Shown: one piece after another, positions 10,783-23,502 of the stretch
Position numbering within the stretch: position 1 is the stretch's first letter
How the letters are laid out: each line of letters opens with the position of its first letter
Made by a program: the position numbers and the translations under genes
Notes under the pieces: model-generated
Database searches by the model: none
What the model was told of the DNA's origin: nothing
The model's input: the letters and a program-made list of their open reading frames with translations, nothing else
Assembly: GCF_001194135.2 (NCBI RefSeq)
Contig: NC_068983.1
Span: 2,639,548 to 2,686,662, forward strand
Reading direction: 5' to 3'
Length of the DNA: 47,115 bases
From: Octopus bimaculoides
Lineage: Eukaryota

Positions 10783-11744
10783 TCCGGTAAGGAAGCAGTC
10801 ACAGACTCTCAGCTACAGATTATATCTTGATATCTCGATGTCTCTAAATGTTGATATTCATATAACAGCAAAACCGTGAGGTAAGTTTGATAGTTCTTCT
10901 TCTTAAATATAATTCCCCTTCTTTCTCCTTCTCTGACTCTAGCTCTCCCGCTCTCTCTTCTCAAACATTGGTTCTAATCGTATTTGATCTTCGTCTTTGA
11001 AGTAACTTGTGTCCCTTTTTATTCTCCACAGTATTTCCTTCGTTGAGTCAAAGGATTTGTGTTATGAAATTTTGCGCTCTTTTGTATGTGTGTGTGTGTG
11101 TGTATGTATATATTCGCGTGCGAATGTTTGTGTATATATGCTTGTGTGTGTATGTATGTGTGCGTGTGCGTGTGTGTGTCAATATGATGTGTCGGTGTGT
11201 GTATAAGTGAGTGTAGTTACTGTGTACGTTTGTATCGCACAACGCTACTAATATTCTGCAAACATTTGGCTACTTTAGTCAGTTTGACGTCATACAGTCT
11301 CTGAGCGAATAATCAGGTAAATAGACGTAAATGAGAACGGCTCTACTAATATATCGACCAGTTGAACGATTATCGTTCAGAAAATACCAACAATCTTTCA
11401 TACATGTATGTACACATTTATAAGCACAGAAATATATAGATATTTTGAGGTCATTGTACTCATACACCAAACAAGACTTTCCTTTTCTGGCGCATAGATC
11501 TGAACGTAGTACACTTATACATACAGACCTAGTGGTACATTTGTGCAGACCATAGTAGAAGTAGAAACTGTAAGGAAGCTTTTACGAGGTCTCATCACCC
11601 GATTTAACACAACTTAATTCTTGCTTGCCTTCAGGAGAGCTTAAATGATTGAGCGACCCTCCTCCGGTGTAACACCCTTATTCGGCTCTTGTAAGCAGGC
11701 GATCTAGCAATGTTTGCGACTTTAAGAAAGGTTTACTTTTCCAG

Positions 11745-11858
11745 CTGATGTGTTTCGGGAGCTCTGAAAGATGTGGTAAGAGCTGTCCTCTCTCTTGTGA
11801 TGAAATCAGAGAAAATGGAAATCTTTATACAAATTATCGAGCCGACGCTTGGACGTAA
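11745..11858 (+). CDS. Candidate small Cys-rich exon
   Basis: Acceptor tttacttttccag| then open frame LMCFGSSERCGKSCPLSCDEIRENGNLYTNYRADAWT*; possible donor ggac|gtaaat at 11855. Confidence 0.2.
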   Translation: MMCFGSSERCGKSCPLSCDEIRENGNLYTNYRADAWT

Positions 11859-11924
11859 ATGTGTTGACGTATTTGCATAATTACACGTATGCACACATAT
11901 GCACACAAATGTACGTAATATTGG

Positions 11925-12518
11925 TTTAAGATTCTGGCACAAAGCCAGAAAGTTCGGGAAGGAAGGTAAGTCGATTACATCAACCCCCCCCCCCNNNNNN
12001 NNNNNNNNNNNNNNNNNNNNNNNNNNNNNNNNNNNNNNNNNNNNNNNNNNNNNNNNNNNNNNNNNNNNNNNNNNNNNNNNNNNNNNNNNNNNNNNNNNNN
12101 NNNNNNNNNNNNNNNNNNNNNNNNNNNNNNNNNNNNNNNNNNNNNNNNNNNNNNNNNNNNNNNNNNNNNNNNNNNNNNNNNNNNNNNNNNNNNNNNNNNN
12201 NNNNNNNNNNNNNNNNNNNNNNNNNNNNNNNNNNNNNNNNNNNNNNNNNNNNNNNNNNNNNNNNNNNNNNATGGTTCTGCAGCTCGCCGCTTTACACAAA
12301 CAGTTAACATTGGTTTTAAATTCGGTTACAGAGCCAGCAAGTTGAGAAGAGGGAGTAAATCGATCACATCGACTCCAGTGCATAACAGGCACTTATTTCT
12401 TCGACCCCGAAAGGAAGAAAGGCAAAGGCGACTTCGGCAGAAGGAATTTGAACGTAAAGACTGAAGAAATACCGCTAAGCATTTCGTCCGGCGTGCTAAC
12501 GATTCTGCCAACTTGCCG

Positions 12519-12553
<35 letters not shown>

Positions 12554-12680
12554 TATTAGTTTCAAATTTTGGCACAAGGCCAGCAAATTCAGGGGAAGTA
12601 GGTAAGTCAAATACATCGAACCCGGTGTTCAAATGGTACTTCATTTTATCGACCTTGAAAGGATGAAAGGCAAAGTCTAC
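11925..12680 (-). mobile_element. Cluster of three family A SINE copies (3' part 11925-11994, near full 12312-12519, 3' half 12560-12680)
   Basis: Reverse-complement matches to family A, e.g. aaataccgctaagcatttcgtccggcgtgctaacgattctgccaacttgccgcc and tttggcacaaggccagc. Confidence 0.85.
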
Positions 12681-12946
12681 TAGAGGAAAACGGTGTTAAA
12701 GAAAAGAACAATTATTTCTGTGCTCATCTGTAGACTTGCTTTTCTGGAGTAGCTTAGCGAACCGAGTATCGATTCTTTGTATTTACAAATCCACTGATGA
12801 CTACATTCCAACACTTCGAAGGCAGAATTTTAGTCGCAAAAAGGACTTGTAGACACTCAGTTGGAGACACAGCAGAATGTGTGGTAGGTACATTACTTAA
12901 ATCTATGAACGACCATTAAAATCGCAGACCCGCCCCGAACACAGTA

Positions 12947-13175
12947 CAGTAATCCCTCGATTATCGTGGGTGTTACATTCCAACCCCCTACCCTACCCCG
13001 CGATAGGTAAAAACCCACGAAGGAGAAACAGTACTGTAGTGTACATATATTAATTTTCTTTATAATTTGTATATATTTAATTTATTATAAATGCAAACCA
13101 ACTCCACAGAGGAATCGTCGTAAGCTTAAATAATAAACCGCGATAGGTGAACCGCGATATGGCGAGGGATTACTG
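12947..13175. mobile_element. pogo/Tigger-type MITE, 229 bp
   Basis: TA|cagtaatccctcgattatcg ... cgatatggcgagggattactg|TA: terminal inverted repeats starting CAGT, TA target duplication, AT-rich non-coding interior. Confidence 0.85.
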
Positions 13176-13439
13176 TATTACAACGCGTCGAGTATTAAAT
13201 AAACAGGAGGCGGGTAACATGTCATTTAGTTGTAGGTTGTCTAACAATGTTAGGCTTTAACTGGGAAGGGATTTCCGTTGACCATCAAGTGGAGATCGAA
13301 GTCTTTCTGATAACATTTTGTATGAGTTTATGAAATTGCTCATCACTAGAGGAAGAGAACCGGCATCCAAACCGGGCAGAGGTCGTCTCTTTTATAAGAA
13401 TTTAGACGTTCTTAATTGGTTTTATGTAGATTTATTTTT

Positions 13440-13770
13440 ATCAGTAACATATGTTTGTTTTACTTTTAACATTTATTAAAACTTTCTTTCTTTGCAGAAT
13501 TTTCCACGCCAGCTCAATTTGATTCGTTCTCAGTCGAAAGACGCCTGTTGTTATATCTTGTTGTTTGTATTCGTAATTGTGTACCATGTTCTCCGTTGTT
13601 TTGCTTGATCTTTTTGTCTTTGTTGCCATAAACATTCGCTAGCTTTCTTACAAAGGGGTATAATGGTCTTAGCTTAGACATTTGTGGGGAAACCAGATCG
13701 AACCATCTCGAGTGTAACTGCCCGAAATGATCGTGACTTCTGGTACTTGACTGATGAAAGAAACCCAAGA
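13440..13770 (-). mobile_element. Possible degraded LINE (I/Jockey group) fragment
   Basis: QQDITTGVFRLRTNQ resembles the (I/L)FRLRTGH motif at LINE ORF2 C-termini; frameshifted. Confidence 0.3.
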
Positions 13771-13880
13771 ACGACCCGTCTTTTTTTGCCTGTCCTTCTT
13801 ATTGTTGTTTCTCTTGTCCGCCTTTGTATCGTCTATCTGTCCGAACGTTTTAATGCTCTCTATTGCGTTTTTCTTTCATT

Positions 13881-13917
<37 letters not shown>

Positions 13918-14699
13918 NNNNNNNNNNNNNNNNNNNNNNNNNNNNNNNNNNNNNNNNNNNNNNNNNNNNNNNNNNNNNNNNNNNNNNNNNNNNNNNNNNN
14001 NNNNNNNNNNNNNNNNNNNNNNNNNNNNNNNNNNNNNNNNNNNNNNNNNNNNNNNNNNNNNNNNNNNNNNNNNNNNNNNNNNNNNNNNNNNNNNNNNNNN
14101 NNNNNNNNNNNNNNNNNNNNNNNNNNNNNNNNNNNNNNNNNNNNNNNNNNNNNNNNNNNNNNNNNNNNNNNNNNNNNNNNNNNNNNNNNNNNNNNNNNNN
14201 NNNNNNNNNNNNNNNNNNNNNNNNNNNNNNNNNNNNNNNNNNNNNNNNNNNNNNNNNNNNNNNNNNNNNNNNNNNNNNNNNNNNNNNNNNNNNNNNNNNN
14301 NNNNNNNNNNNNNNNNNNNNNNNNNNNNNNNNNNNNNNNNNNNNNNNNNNNNNNNNNNNNNNNNNNNNNNNNNNNNNNNNNNNNNNNNNNNNNNNNNNNN
14401 NNNNNNNNNNNNNNNNNNNNNNNNNNNNNNNNNNNNNNNNNNNNNNNNNNNNNNNNNNNNNNNNNNNNNNNNNNNNNNNNNNNNNNNNNNNNNNNNNNNN
14501 NNNNNNNNNNNNNNNNNNNNNNNNNNNNNNNNNNNNNNNNNNNNNNNNNNNNNNNNNNNNNNNNNNNNNNNNNNNNNNNNNNNNNNNNNNNNNNNNNNNN
14601 NNNNNNNNNNNNNNNNNNNNNNNNNNNNNNNNNNNNNNNNNNNNNNNNNNNNNNNNNNNNNNNNNNNNNNNNNNNNNNNNNNNNNNNNNNNNNNNNNNN

Positions 14700-15551
14700 A
14701 GGTAGCAGTTTTTCGTTCATTTTGGAAATTTTATGGCAATAGGTTTCTGCAGTAGTGGTTTTTCCGGGTTTAAGAAGTTTTGGGGGATGAGTCCAGCAGT
14801 ACACCACCAAACAGTCTCCATAACCTTCTTTTTGAAGAGATAGGTTTCAGGGAAGGTTTTCAGTGCTTCATTTTGGTCCAACCACTGCGAAGAACGTTTT
14901 TAACTATTGTACATAATTCACTTTTCATCGCAAGTTACAATACAGTCGATAAAATGGATCGGTCTGGTTACTGAGAAGAAGCGATGAGCAAATTTCATAT
15001 CTGCGCATTTTCTGATTTTCATTCAAATCGTGTGGCACCCATTTATCAAGCTTTTTTTTATGTTCCGAGCGCATGCAAATGGTTGCAGGATGTTTTCTGG
15101 TTAACTTGAACATCTTTTGCCAGTTCTCGAGTGGTTTTATGTGGGTCTTTCTCAATGACGGTCTTTAATTGACCGTCATCGATGACAGATGGGCGTCCAC
15201 TACGCTCACGATCTTCAAGGCTCAAGTCTCCACTGCGAAATCGTTAAAACCATTTTCGATCTGACCACTCAATGGTCATTTCCTCACCAAATGTTTCGTT
15301 GATATCGTGAACAATTTCAGCTGTTTTACGTTCTTTTTCGAATATCGCGCTTTGACAGTTCCATTTCAGATGTTTGTAACAACAGTGAAAGAAAATATCA
15401 ATGTTAATTTATTGATACATTTGGACAATTCTATGTCTGTATTGTCAGACAATTGCAAAAACAAATGTTTAAAAATTAAAATTCTGCAAAATGCAAATAT
15501 CAGAACAAATTCTTCATGGTTCAAAACGTTGCTTACATTTTACCCAACCTT
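14700..15551 (-). mobile_element. mariner transposon remnant (5' half with terminal repeat)
   Basis: KKLDKWVPHDLNENQKMRRYEICSSLL (mariner WVPHEL motif) and LLKPGKTTTAETYCH..KMNEKLL. Terminal repeat aaggttgggtaaaatgtaagcaacgttttgaa lies next to TA at about 15551. Confidence 0.9.
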
Positions 15552-16289
15552 ATATATATATATATGTATATATGTGTGTGTGTGTGTGTGTGTATACAGA
15601 GAAATAGAGAAGGGGGAGCGAGGGAGTGGGAGGAGGAGAGAGAGCTACATAGACATGTAATAGAGGCACATCTCTTTAGGAGGTGTGTGCGTGTGTATGT
15701 GTGTCTGTCTGTTATACACCTGCGTTTTGTATATTTTCCAAGAAACAGCAATGGAGGATCTTTGCAATGTTGTGAAAATCCTCGCTGTTCCATAAATCGA
15801 TTGAATTTGATGGATGAGAATTAGCTGGACTGTTTTTTTTTTATTGGAAAACCATAGCATTTTCAGGCTTTTATTCAAATATATCGTCCCATAATTCTAT
15901 GAATCTATAAATCACATATACATACGTGTATACATGCATACAGTGCAAGAATACTCTTGAATGTATTTTTGCATGTCTCCACGTGTATGCTTGTGTGTGT
16001 GTATGATTCTGTGTGTGTGTGCTTGTTTGTCATTATTCAGTTTTATTTCAAGATTTCCTGCCAATAGAGAAAGAGCCAGATTCTAACCTAGATCCAAGGC
16101 TCCTTGGTTGGAATGTCAACATCAACATCAGGGTACTTTTGAATGTATGCATGTATTATGTATGCGTGTATGTATGTAATTTATGTTTGTATGTTTGTAT
16201 GTATGTATGTTTACGTACAAGTTTGTATATTTTGTTTTATGTATGTATTCTCATGTATATAGTTACATATCTAGACATGCTCATATATA

Positions 16290-18200
16290 TATTTGAATGA
16301 TAAACTTCTGTAAAGTATTCCTTGAGTTGGTGTTCATAAATGTATTCCATAACAGAGGGATTTTCTAAGTTTGTTTAAGGACAGTGTTTTTGCGGATGGC
16401 ATTCTAAATTACTTTAGCGACAACATCGTGCCGCATAGAGAGGTAATACCGTGAATACATGTTAGGACAGCTGCTAATTACATGCATGATGTCTTCCACA
16501 GAAACATGTATGTATGTATGTATGTATGTATGTATGTATATGTATGTACGTATGTATGTATGTATGTATGTATGCATGTGTATGTGTATAAACCATAGCC
16601 TAGAAACAAGGGCTGTAATTTCCCCATTAGCTTAGACTTGATATTCTTACCTTTCCGACAAAATTTAGGCGATACATTTACATCTACGAAGGTGCATGAC
16701 TTTTGTGTCCGCTCCATGATACGATGGTAAATGTCTCTTGTTTTTTGCAACGATCCTTAGATTAGAATTTTCCACCAGTATTCTTTATTGTTAAAGTTGT
16801 GATCACATTCTGGTTCTAAATTGAACAAAGAAAACTTCTTTCTTCTCAGCATCGTAAATGGTTTGAGCAAGATGTCATATTTCATAGGACGTCGGTGCCA
16901 TGTTAATAGCTTTGAACCCCGGATGATGTTGTGAGTGATGTCTTTTACATTTATAAGGCACAATCTACATTTTCCATCACCAGTCAGAAATCTCGAATCA
17001 TTTTATTCTCTTTTATTGACTAGATATTTAACAGCTATCTCCCGTTCATTATAAACGAAAATATATCCTTTTTGGCGGAACGGATGTATCTAACACTTAT
17101 CTTGGAGAGTCTGTTATTCATGCCAATGTTTGTAATATTCTCAAGTTCTTAAGACATGTAGTTTCATACCTTTCTACTGGCATGATGAGTGATTCTCTTT
17201 AAAGATTTTAAGTTAGTCTAGATACCTTCGTTTCACATAAAATAGCTGTACACACGGAGAACCCATACAGTGTTTTTTGCTTCCTCCCAAGTTGCTACAA
17301 ATGTGATTAACTCATTTCTTCTTTTATTGTTCAAAAGGTGTTGTCTGTTAATGTAATGGCATATCAAGTTACAGTATGAGGGTAACATGATATCCCATGC
17401 CAGGATTAACTGCTCTAACTTTTTACACTTTCTCACGTTGATTGACCGCTCGAGGTTTGTATTGAACGGTTATTAATTCACCTGCAAATGCCATTCATTG
17501 GCACCAGCCATAGATTTTGGGGACTCTGCCAAATACTTTCAGATGTTGATTTAAGAACTCATTCTTCACGTTTTGTCGAATAGTAATACCCAATTCTCGA
17601 ATGTGCTTTCCTGTGTCTGTTGATGTATTTTAAGCTTTCTGATTCCTTTGTGATTCCAATCTGTGACGAACTGTAACTACGGTACAATACAAGAATACAG
17701 AAAGAAAACACTGGGAGCATTGATTTGTGATCGATGTTCTTTAGCAATCTGATATTTCTCAGGTGACTACATGAATTCATTTTCTCCCACTTCGTGTCCT
17801 CATTGTTCGTTCCTTTGACGATGGAAATAAAGATCGAATTTTGCTCTGGTCTTTCATTTGTTGTTGTTTATATTATTTACTCCTTTCATAAGCGGCATCC
17901 CCCCCGCCTTGTCCATCTAATAATGGGCTTCTTATTTGTGTGTCGAAGTTGTCGCCTTACTAATCTTTCATGTCCTGTTTTCTTGAGAGAAGAATTCTCT
18001 GATTTCATTAATATGTTATTTGCTCTCTACTTTTGGTGGTCGATTATGTTAAGTAACATCTTACTTCCCAACAAAAGTAGTTTTATGATGTTTATGCTTT
18101 TGCTTCAAACTGAAATGCAAATATTTGGAATATTCAATATCCTCCAGTCACACATTCTCTTCATTTAACAAATCGAAGGATCTTCACTTAATGAAGACAA
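16290..18200 (-). mobile_element. R4/Dong-like RLE LINE remnants (RT, zinc knuckle, RLE; two overlapping copies)
   Basis: GKCRLCLINVKDITHNII, NKEYWWKI and RQHLLNNKRRNELITFV; a second zinc-knuckle-region copy SSCPNMYSRYYLSMRHDVVAKVI at 16300-16480; many stops. Confidence 0.75.
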
Positions 18201-18239
18201 TGAAGAGTTACTTGCCCTTTTTGTGGAATTGATAAAGGT

Positions 18240-19319
18240 TTGGAATGCGGTTTTTTATACTTCTTTTATTTTTCAAAATTAAGATAAACAAAGTGTTTTC
18301 TAATCTAAAATATACTCTCTTTCATTTTCTGCAATGCTCCTCCATCTCTCTGGTAGACTTGCAAGACCCCTCTTCCAAAATTCACTTCTCCATGACGAAA
18401 TATATTCCTCCAATACTGTCCTAACCTCGTTTACCGAATTCATATTTTTTTCCGTTCAAATGATTTTGAAGACTGCAGAATAACTGATAATCAGATGGTG
18501 CAATGTCTGGTGAATATCGTTGGTAGGGGCAGCGTTTCCCATTCAAACTGCTCCAGCCTTTGGAATATCATCTTCGCTGTATGTGGCCGAGCATTATCCA
18601 GATGGAAGAACATCTTTTGTCTTGAAGCCAAAGATGGTCGTTTTTCTTCTGGCGCTGACTCAAGCCGCTCAAAGTAGATCTCCTTTGTTATCGTTTGGTT
18701 TAGGTTTAAATGTTCAAAGTGGACTAAAACTTTCATATCCCACCAAACAGATAACACCTTATGTGGGTGAAGGCCTTCTTTAGCCTGGGGAGCTGATGTT
18801 TCTCCTTCCTCTACCCACTGTCTTTGGCGCTGACATTTTTATAGAGAACCCATTTCTCGTTACCAGTCGCTATTCGGTTCATAAAATGATTCATTCGTGA
18901 GATGTGACAGCAAAGAAGAGCACACATTCACTCACTGCGCGCGATTAGACTAGCAAAGGTTGTGAGGAACCCATTGACCCAATTTGCTAGCCTTTCCGAT
19001 GTCACGCCAGTGTCGATGAATGCTTGAGTATCCAAATCCAATCTTCTTTGCTAGTTCCTCAACAGGTACGATGAGATTTTATTCCACCAGGGTTTGCAAA
19101 ATATGCCGAATATGCTCCTTTGTCACTTCCATAATAGCTTTGAAAAAATAACTGTTAAAATCGAAGTGCACTCTTCAAACGTTGCACTAAGAATGAGGAA
19201 CACGGTAAAATTACTACCTGCTTTTATAGCAAATTGATGAAGGTAGTTTAACTAGTCCCCCTCCAACTTTTAGTTCATGCAATTAAAAAAAAACGCATTA
19301 TCTATGGGATGACCTAATA
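18240..19319 (-). mobile_element. mariner transposon remnant, second family, about 1.1 kb
   Basis: MLSVWWDMKVLVHFEHL..FHLDNARPHTAK..LEQFEWETLP (D,D34D domain motifs). Terminal repeat TA-ttaggtcatcccatagataatgcgtttttt at 19292-19319; decayed partner aatgcggtttttt at 18244. Confidence 0.9.
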
Positions 19320-19802
19320 TATATATATATATGTATGAATGTAACAATATAATTACGCATACTTGTATCTTTTAATCTACATTTACCCTCCTACGTGACA
19401 TTCTGTGTAAAATTCTGTTTTGTCATGAATAAACTCAAAATCTGGATTATTTTACATATTCGTAGAGTTTCATTAGTAATTTTTAATTGCAATTTTCAAA
19501 TGATTTCTGTCATCCTTTGTGAAGCGCGGTTTTCTATTACTCGTAATGAGACAGCTTGTTAAATAAGAAACATATATCTTGGCAATAATCACGGGTATGT
19601 CTAAACTATAATATTTAATGTTATTGTCTTGACCATTGTATCTGTTGGTTTCTCATTAGTTCGCCATAACTGTTCACTTCACGATTCTGTCCGTTATAAA
19701 ACTACTTTCTGCAACTCTACATCCAAAGAGTTTTATGTTTGTCTCAATTCACTATGACCTGTCTATGCGGCCTAATCTAATGGAGCTTTTCACGGTGACA
19801 GA

Positions 19803-19857
<55 letters not shown>

Positions 19858-20362
19858 AAGAATGGTGGCGTAGTGAAAGGAATGGTAAAGGTTTGAACAA
19901 AAAAGATTTCTGTATTAAAGGGAATCAATATCTGATAAGAAGTATCTCTCGGGGACTTATCCACATAAACACCAACAGGCATGTTAATATTGTATCTAAT
20001 TAATATAATTTATACTAAAATGCTAATGAGAAGGGATTATGCGATGCGGAAAACCAATGTTAGTTAGTAATAGATTATTATTTATTTCAGTGTCTTTTCC
20101 TCACCACATAAATTTTCTCATTCAGTTTCTCACATACCCTCCATTCAAAGTAGTCTCAGAAAATAGTCACTTTACTTTGTTTCCACCAGGTTACGAGTTC
20201 AAGCTGTGTCGTGTCTGATTCCGTTATCCATCAGTCTCTAATTTGCGAAATAATCGCTAAGTAGTCTGAGGAATTCAGATTAACTTATCCTTCTCCCACA
20301 GACCTGTAGATGATTGAGAAGAGATCAATATTATATAACACCTGTCGATGACAAGAGACATT

Positions 20363-20551
20363 AAGGTGGCGAGCTGGCAGAATCGTTAGCACGCTGGACA
20401 AAATACCTAGCGGCAGTTTTACATTCTGAGTTCGAATTCCATCCTTTCATCCTTTAGGGGTCGATAAAATAAGTACCAGTTGAGCCCTGGCATTGATGTG
20501 ATTGGCTTACCCCCTCCCCCTAATCTTGCTGGCCTTGGCCCAAAATTTGAA
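20363..20551 (+). mobile_element. Family A SINE with a small internal deletion
   Basis: aaggtggcgagctggcagaatcgttagcacg ... tcatcctttaggggtcgataaaataagtaccagttg ... ggccttggcccaaaatttgaa. Confidence 0.88.
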
Positions 20552-21668
20552 GCCAAATATAAAAGGGTCTCATAGAGAAATAAATTTTTTCTTCCTCGTT
20601 TTGTAAGTGGATATATTTCTTCTGACACTTCGACGAAAGGTAGGGTCTTTAGACGGACATCACTTGATGTGATGGGAAGCAGTTGTTTGAGGTGAGAATA
20701 TTGAACGCTGCAATAATAGAAAGACAGAAGCGACAGCATCATTTAGTTATGGCCGTTGATGTGAGTTACATATCACACTACAGGTGACAGTACGCTTCAT
20801 TCTTCTAGGATCGATAAACATCAAATAAAGTCACTCATCCTCTTGTGGTTTGTATCGACGTTAGAAAGCATTATTAATTAAATACTTTCATGCTATGAAG
20901 TCAAAACTCAGTGGTGCTTGTTTGTCTTTTGTATTCTGTTAGCTTCAGCCAGTCAGAGGAGGGTAAATCTTCTTCAGCTCCAAAATGTGTTGTTTTGTTT
21001 ACAAAGATAAAAGAGAGTTCATCAACAACGCTTCGTCAGGTTATTGATTGCAAGTATCGGAGAAACGAAACCTAACCCGGTTTCGTTGTTCCTTAATTCT
21101 CGGCGGCAAACTAAATAAATATAAATCACTACAATTAGATCAGGGGTTCGACTTTCTGCAGGTCGTCTCTTATGTGCTCATGCTTGTATCAGTGTTTCCC
21201 ATTTACATTTGAATATAATTGGTCTTTAGCTGTTCTTTAAAAGGTCGGTCTTGCCATATGATGCTATGCTGTACTTGCTTGACGATTACATTAATGGCAC
21301 AGCCATATTTCAGATGTTGTTCTACTTACACTTTATAACGTAAGAATATATCTATAGATTGCAGTCAACACTACACGTAGTAGATAGAACAAGGCGTCTC
21401 CACTCCTTGTTTTTGCAATCACTTCTGAAACCAGAAAAGAGGATCCTTATGTTCCTGTTCGTAGAGATTATCTGTAAGTCGACCCAATAGGGCAATGAAA
21501 GAGTTACAGTCTTAGTAAGGCTTGGATTGGGGATTAAAAGAAATTAAGGACGTTTGTAGATCACGTTTATCGGTCAAGGGTGTGTATCGGAGTCGAACCA
21601 AGTCGAGGGAGGGAAATGTGGATAACAAATGATTACTGAGGGACCAAATGTTGTGAACGTTGAAGTCA

Positions 21669-21890
21669 CCGTGGTGTAGTGGTTAGGATGTTGCACTTGT
21701 GGTCGCAACATCGTGGTTTCGATTCTTGCAACAGACGCTATGTTGTGTCTTGAGCAAAACAATTCATTTTACGTTGTTCCAGTTCACTCATATATAAACG
21801 AGTAACTCTGTGAAGGACTGGTGTCCCATCCGGGGGAGGAATGTTGTGATCTCAGTCATGTATGCGCCACGAAAGCCGGTCAAACGGTCT
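21669..21890 (+). mobile_element. tRNA-derived SINE, family C
   Basis: A-box tggtgtagtggttag, B-box-like ggtttcgattc, then ttgtgtcttgagcaaaaca and gaaggactggtgtcccatccgggg. Related copies at 30100-30188, 32690-32820 and 45970-46110. Confidence 0.75.
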
Positions 21891-22179
21891 GATGAATTGT
21901 AGGAATCGAGACCGTAGGGTCCAGAGATTGATGATGAGGACAATAATTTCAGAAAGGTGTGAGACGTAACGGAAGTGTCTCTGCGGAGAGAGCCATGGTT
22001 TAAGAATCATTGATCGTTCGAAAAGTCTGGAGAGCAGCAGAGATGTCACATATTCATGTGGGGGGTGAAGGGGGTCTTTGAAGCAGAGTAACTGCAAAAC
22101 GTGATTCCTGATAACGGAAAGGGATGAGTGGAGGGAGAAGTAGTATCGACCTCTACACAGACATTGTCTTTCCGTGTGA

Positions 22180-22400
22180 AGAAGGTGGCGAACTGGCAGA
22201 ATCGTTAGAGCCCTCAACGAAATGCTTGGCAGTATTTCGCCCGTCGCTATGTTCTGAGTTCAAATTCCGCCGAGGTAGACTTTGTCTTTCATCCTTTCAG
22301 GGTCAATAAATTAAGTATCAGTCGAGTACTGGAGTCGATGTAATCGACCACTACTCCCCCTACACACACACACACATTGTGCCTATAGTAGAAAGGATTA
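22180..22400 (+). mobile_element. Family A SINE, full length, with a 13-bp target-site duplication
   Basis: Family A head and tail; tctttccgtgtga is present at both 22167-22179 and 22401-22413. Confidence 0.92.
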
Positions 22401-23428
22401 TCTTTCCGTGTGATGTGTGAGTGAAGTGTGTCATTTGGACAGAAGATATGGGTTCATTATAAGAGTTGTGGTATTTCTGCCTGTGAGAGGAATAAAGAGT
22501 CAGTTTCGCGTGTGTATAATAGGAGGTTATAGAATAGATTGCAATCCGTTACTATTAGAGAAGAGAACACAAAACTGCTCAACTGGTTTCAGTTTAGATG
22601 TTGACATTTAGAGGAGCGTAGAGGCTGTCATGATGTACCATGAGGTAATTCCACAGTTGGGAACCTGAGAACCTAAATTCCATACATGAATCAGATCGAA
22701 CTCCGCTAAAGACATCGAGGGGCAGGCTGTTGTTTTATCCAATAAACATTGTCGACAGAGATACAAAATAGACACATTTACATTAACATCACATTTCACT
22801 GATGTTATTTATTTCCCGTTCTTTAGGAAATTACTTGATTTTTTTCGTTTTGTTTTGTTTCGTTTTTGTTTTTACTGTTCTGCTTATTGTTATTCTGGCT
22901 GGGCATTTTTTTTTATTGATTGATAATATTGAAACTTCGATCTTTGTTATCTCAACCAGAACACATTTTTTTTTTTTTTAAAGGAATTTTTGAAGTGTAT
23001 ATTTCCCTTGATCACATTTTTACGACGTATTTCCATTTCTAGCAACCTAAAGAACTAATTAACGACAACGTGTTCTTTGAAGATAACAATCACACTTATC
23101 GTATCACCTGATTATATGTACCTGGCTGTATTCTCAGAGGAGGAGGAGGAGGAGGAGTACGGTTGTGTGCGGTGATGGCGGTGATGGCGGTGGTGCTCTT
23201 GAGTATTCTGCGAGTGGTGTCTGTGTGTGTGTTCCGATGCGATGGTGTTTGCGTGTGTTGTAATAATGGTAGTGTGATTGTGTATTCTGATAGTAGTAGT
23301 GCGTTTATGTTCTTATTGTAATGGTGTGTGTTGACAGTGGTGAAGTGTTTGTATGTTGATGAGAGGTTACCGTCATCAAACAGTGGTGGCACTGGTGGCG
23401 GCGGCGGCGGCAGCGCGGTGTGTTAGTG

Positions 23429-23502
<74 letters not shown>

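Noticed and set aside
12795-12840. Other CTGANGA hits (12795, 13751, 20266, 26837 minus, 33278, 38730)
   Set aside because: No stem II followed directly by GAAA; expected by chance.
16650-16760. Apparent minus-strand exon with strong donor aag|gtaaga
   Set aside because: The sequence is the endonuclease region of an RLE LINE remnant.
21669-21740. tRNA-like sequences here and at 30130-30188, 25060-25128 and all family A heads
   Set aside because: They have A/B boxes but no intact cloverleaf and continue into SINE bodies, so they are SINE heads, not tRNA genes.
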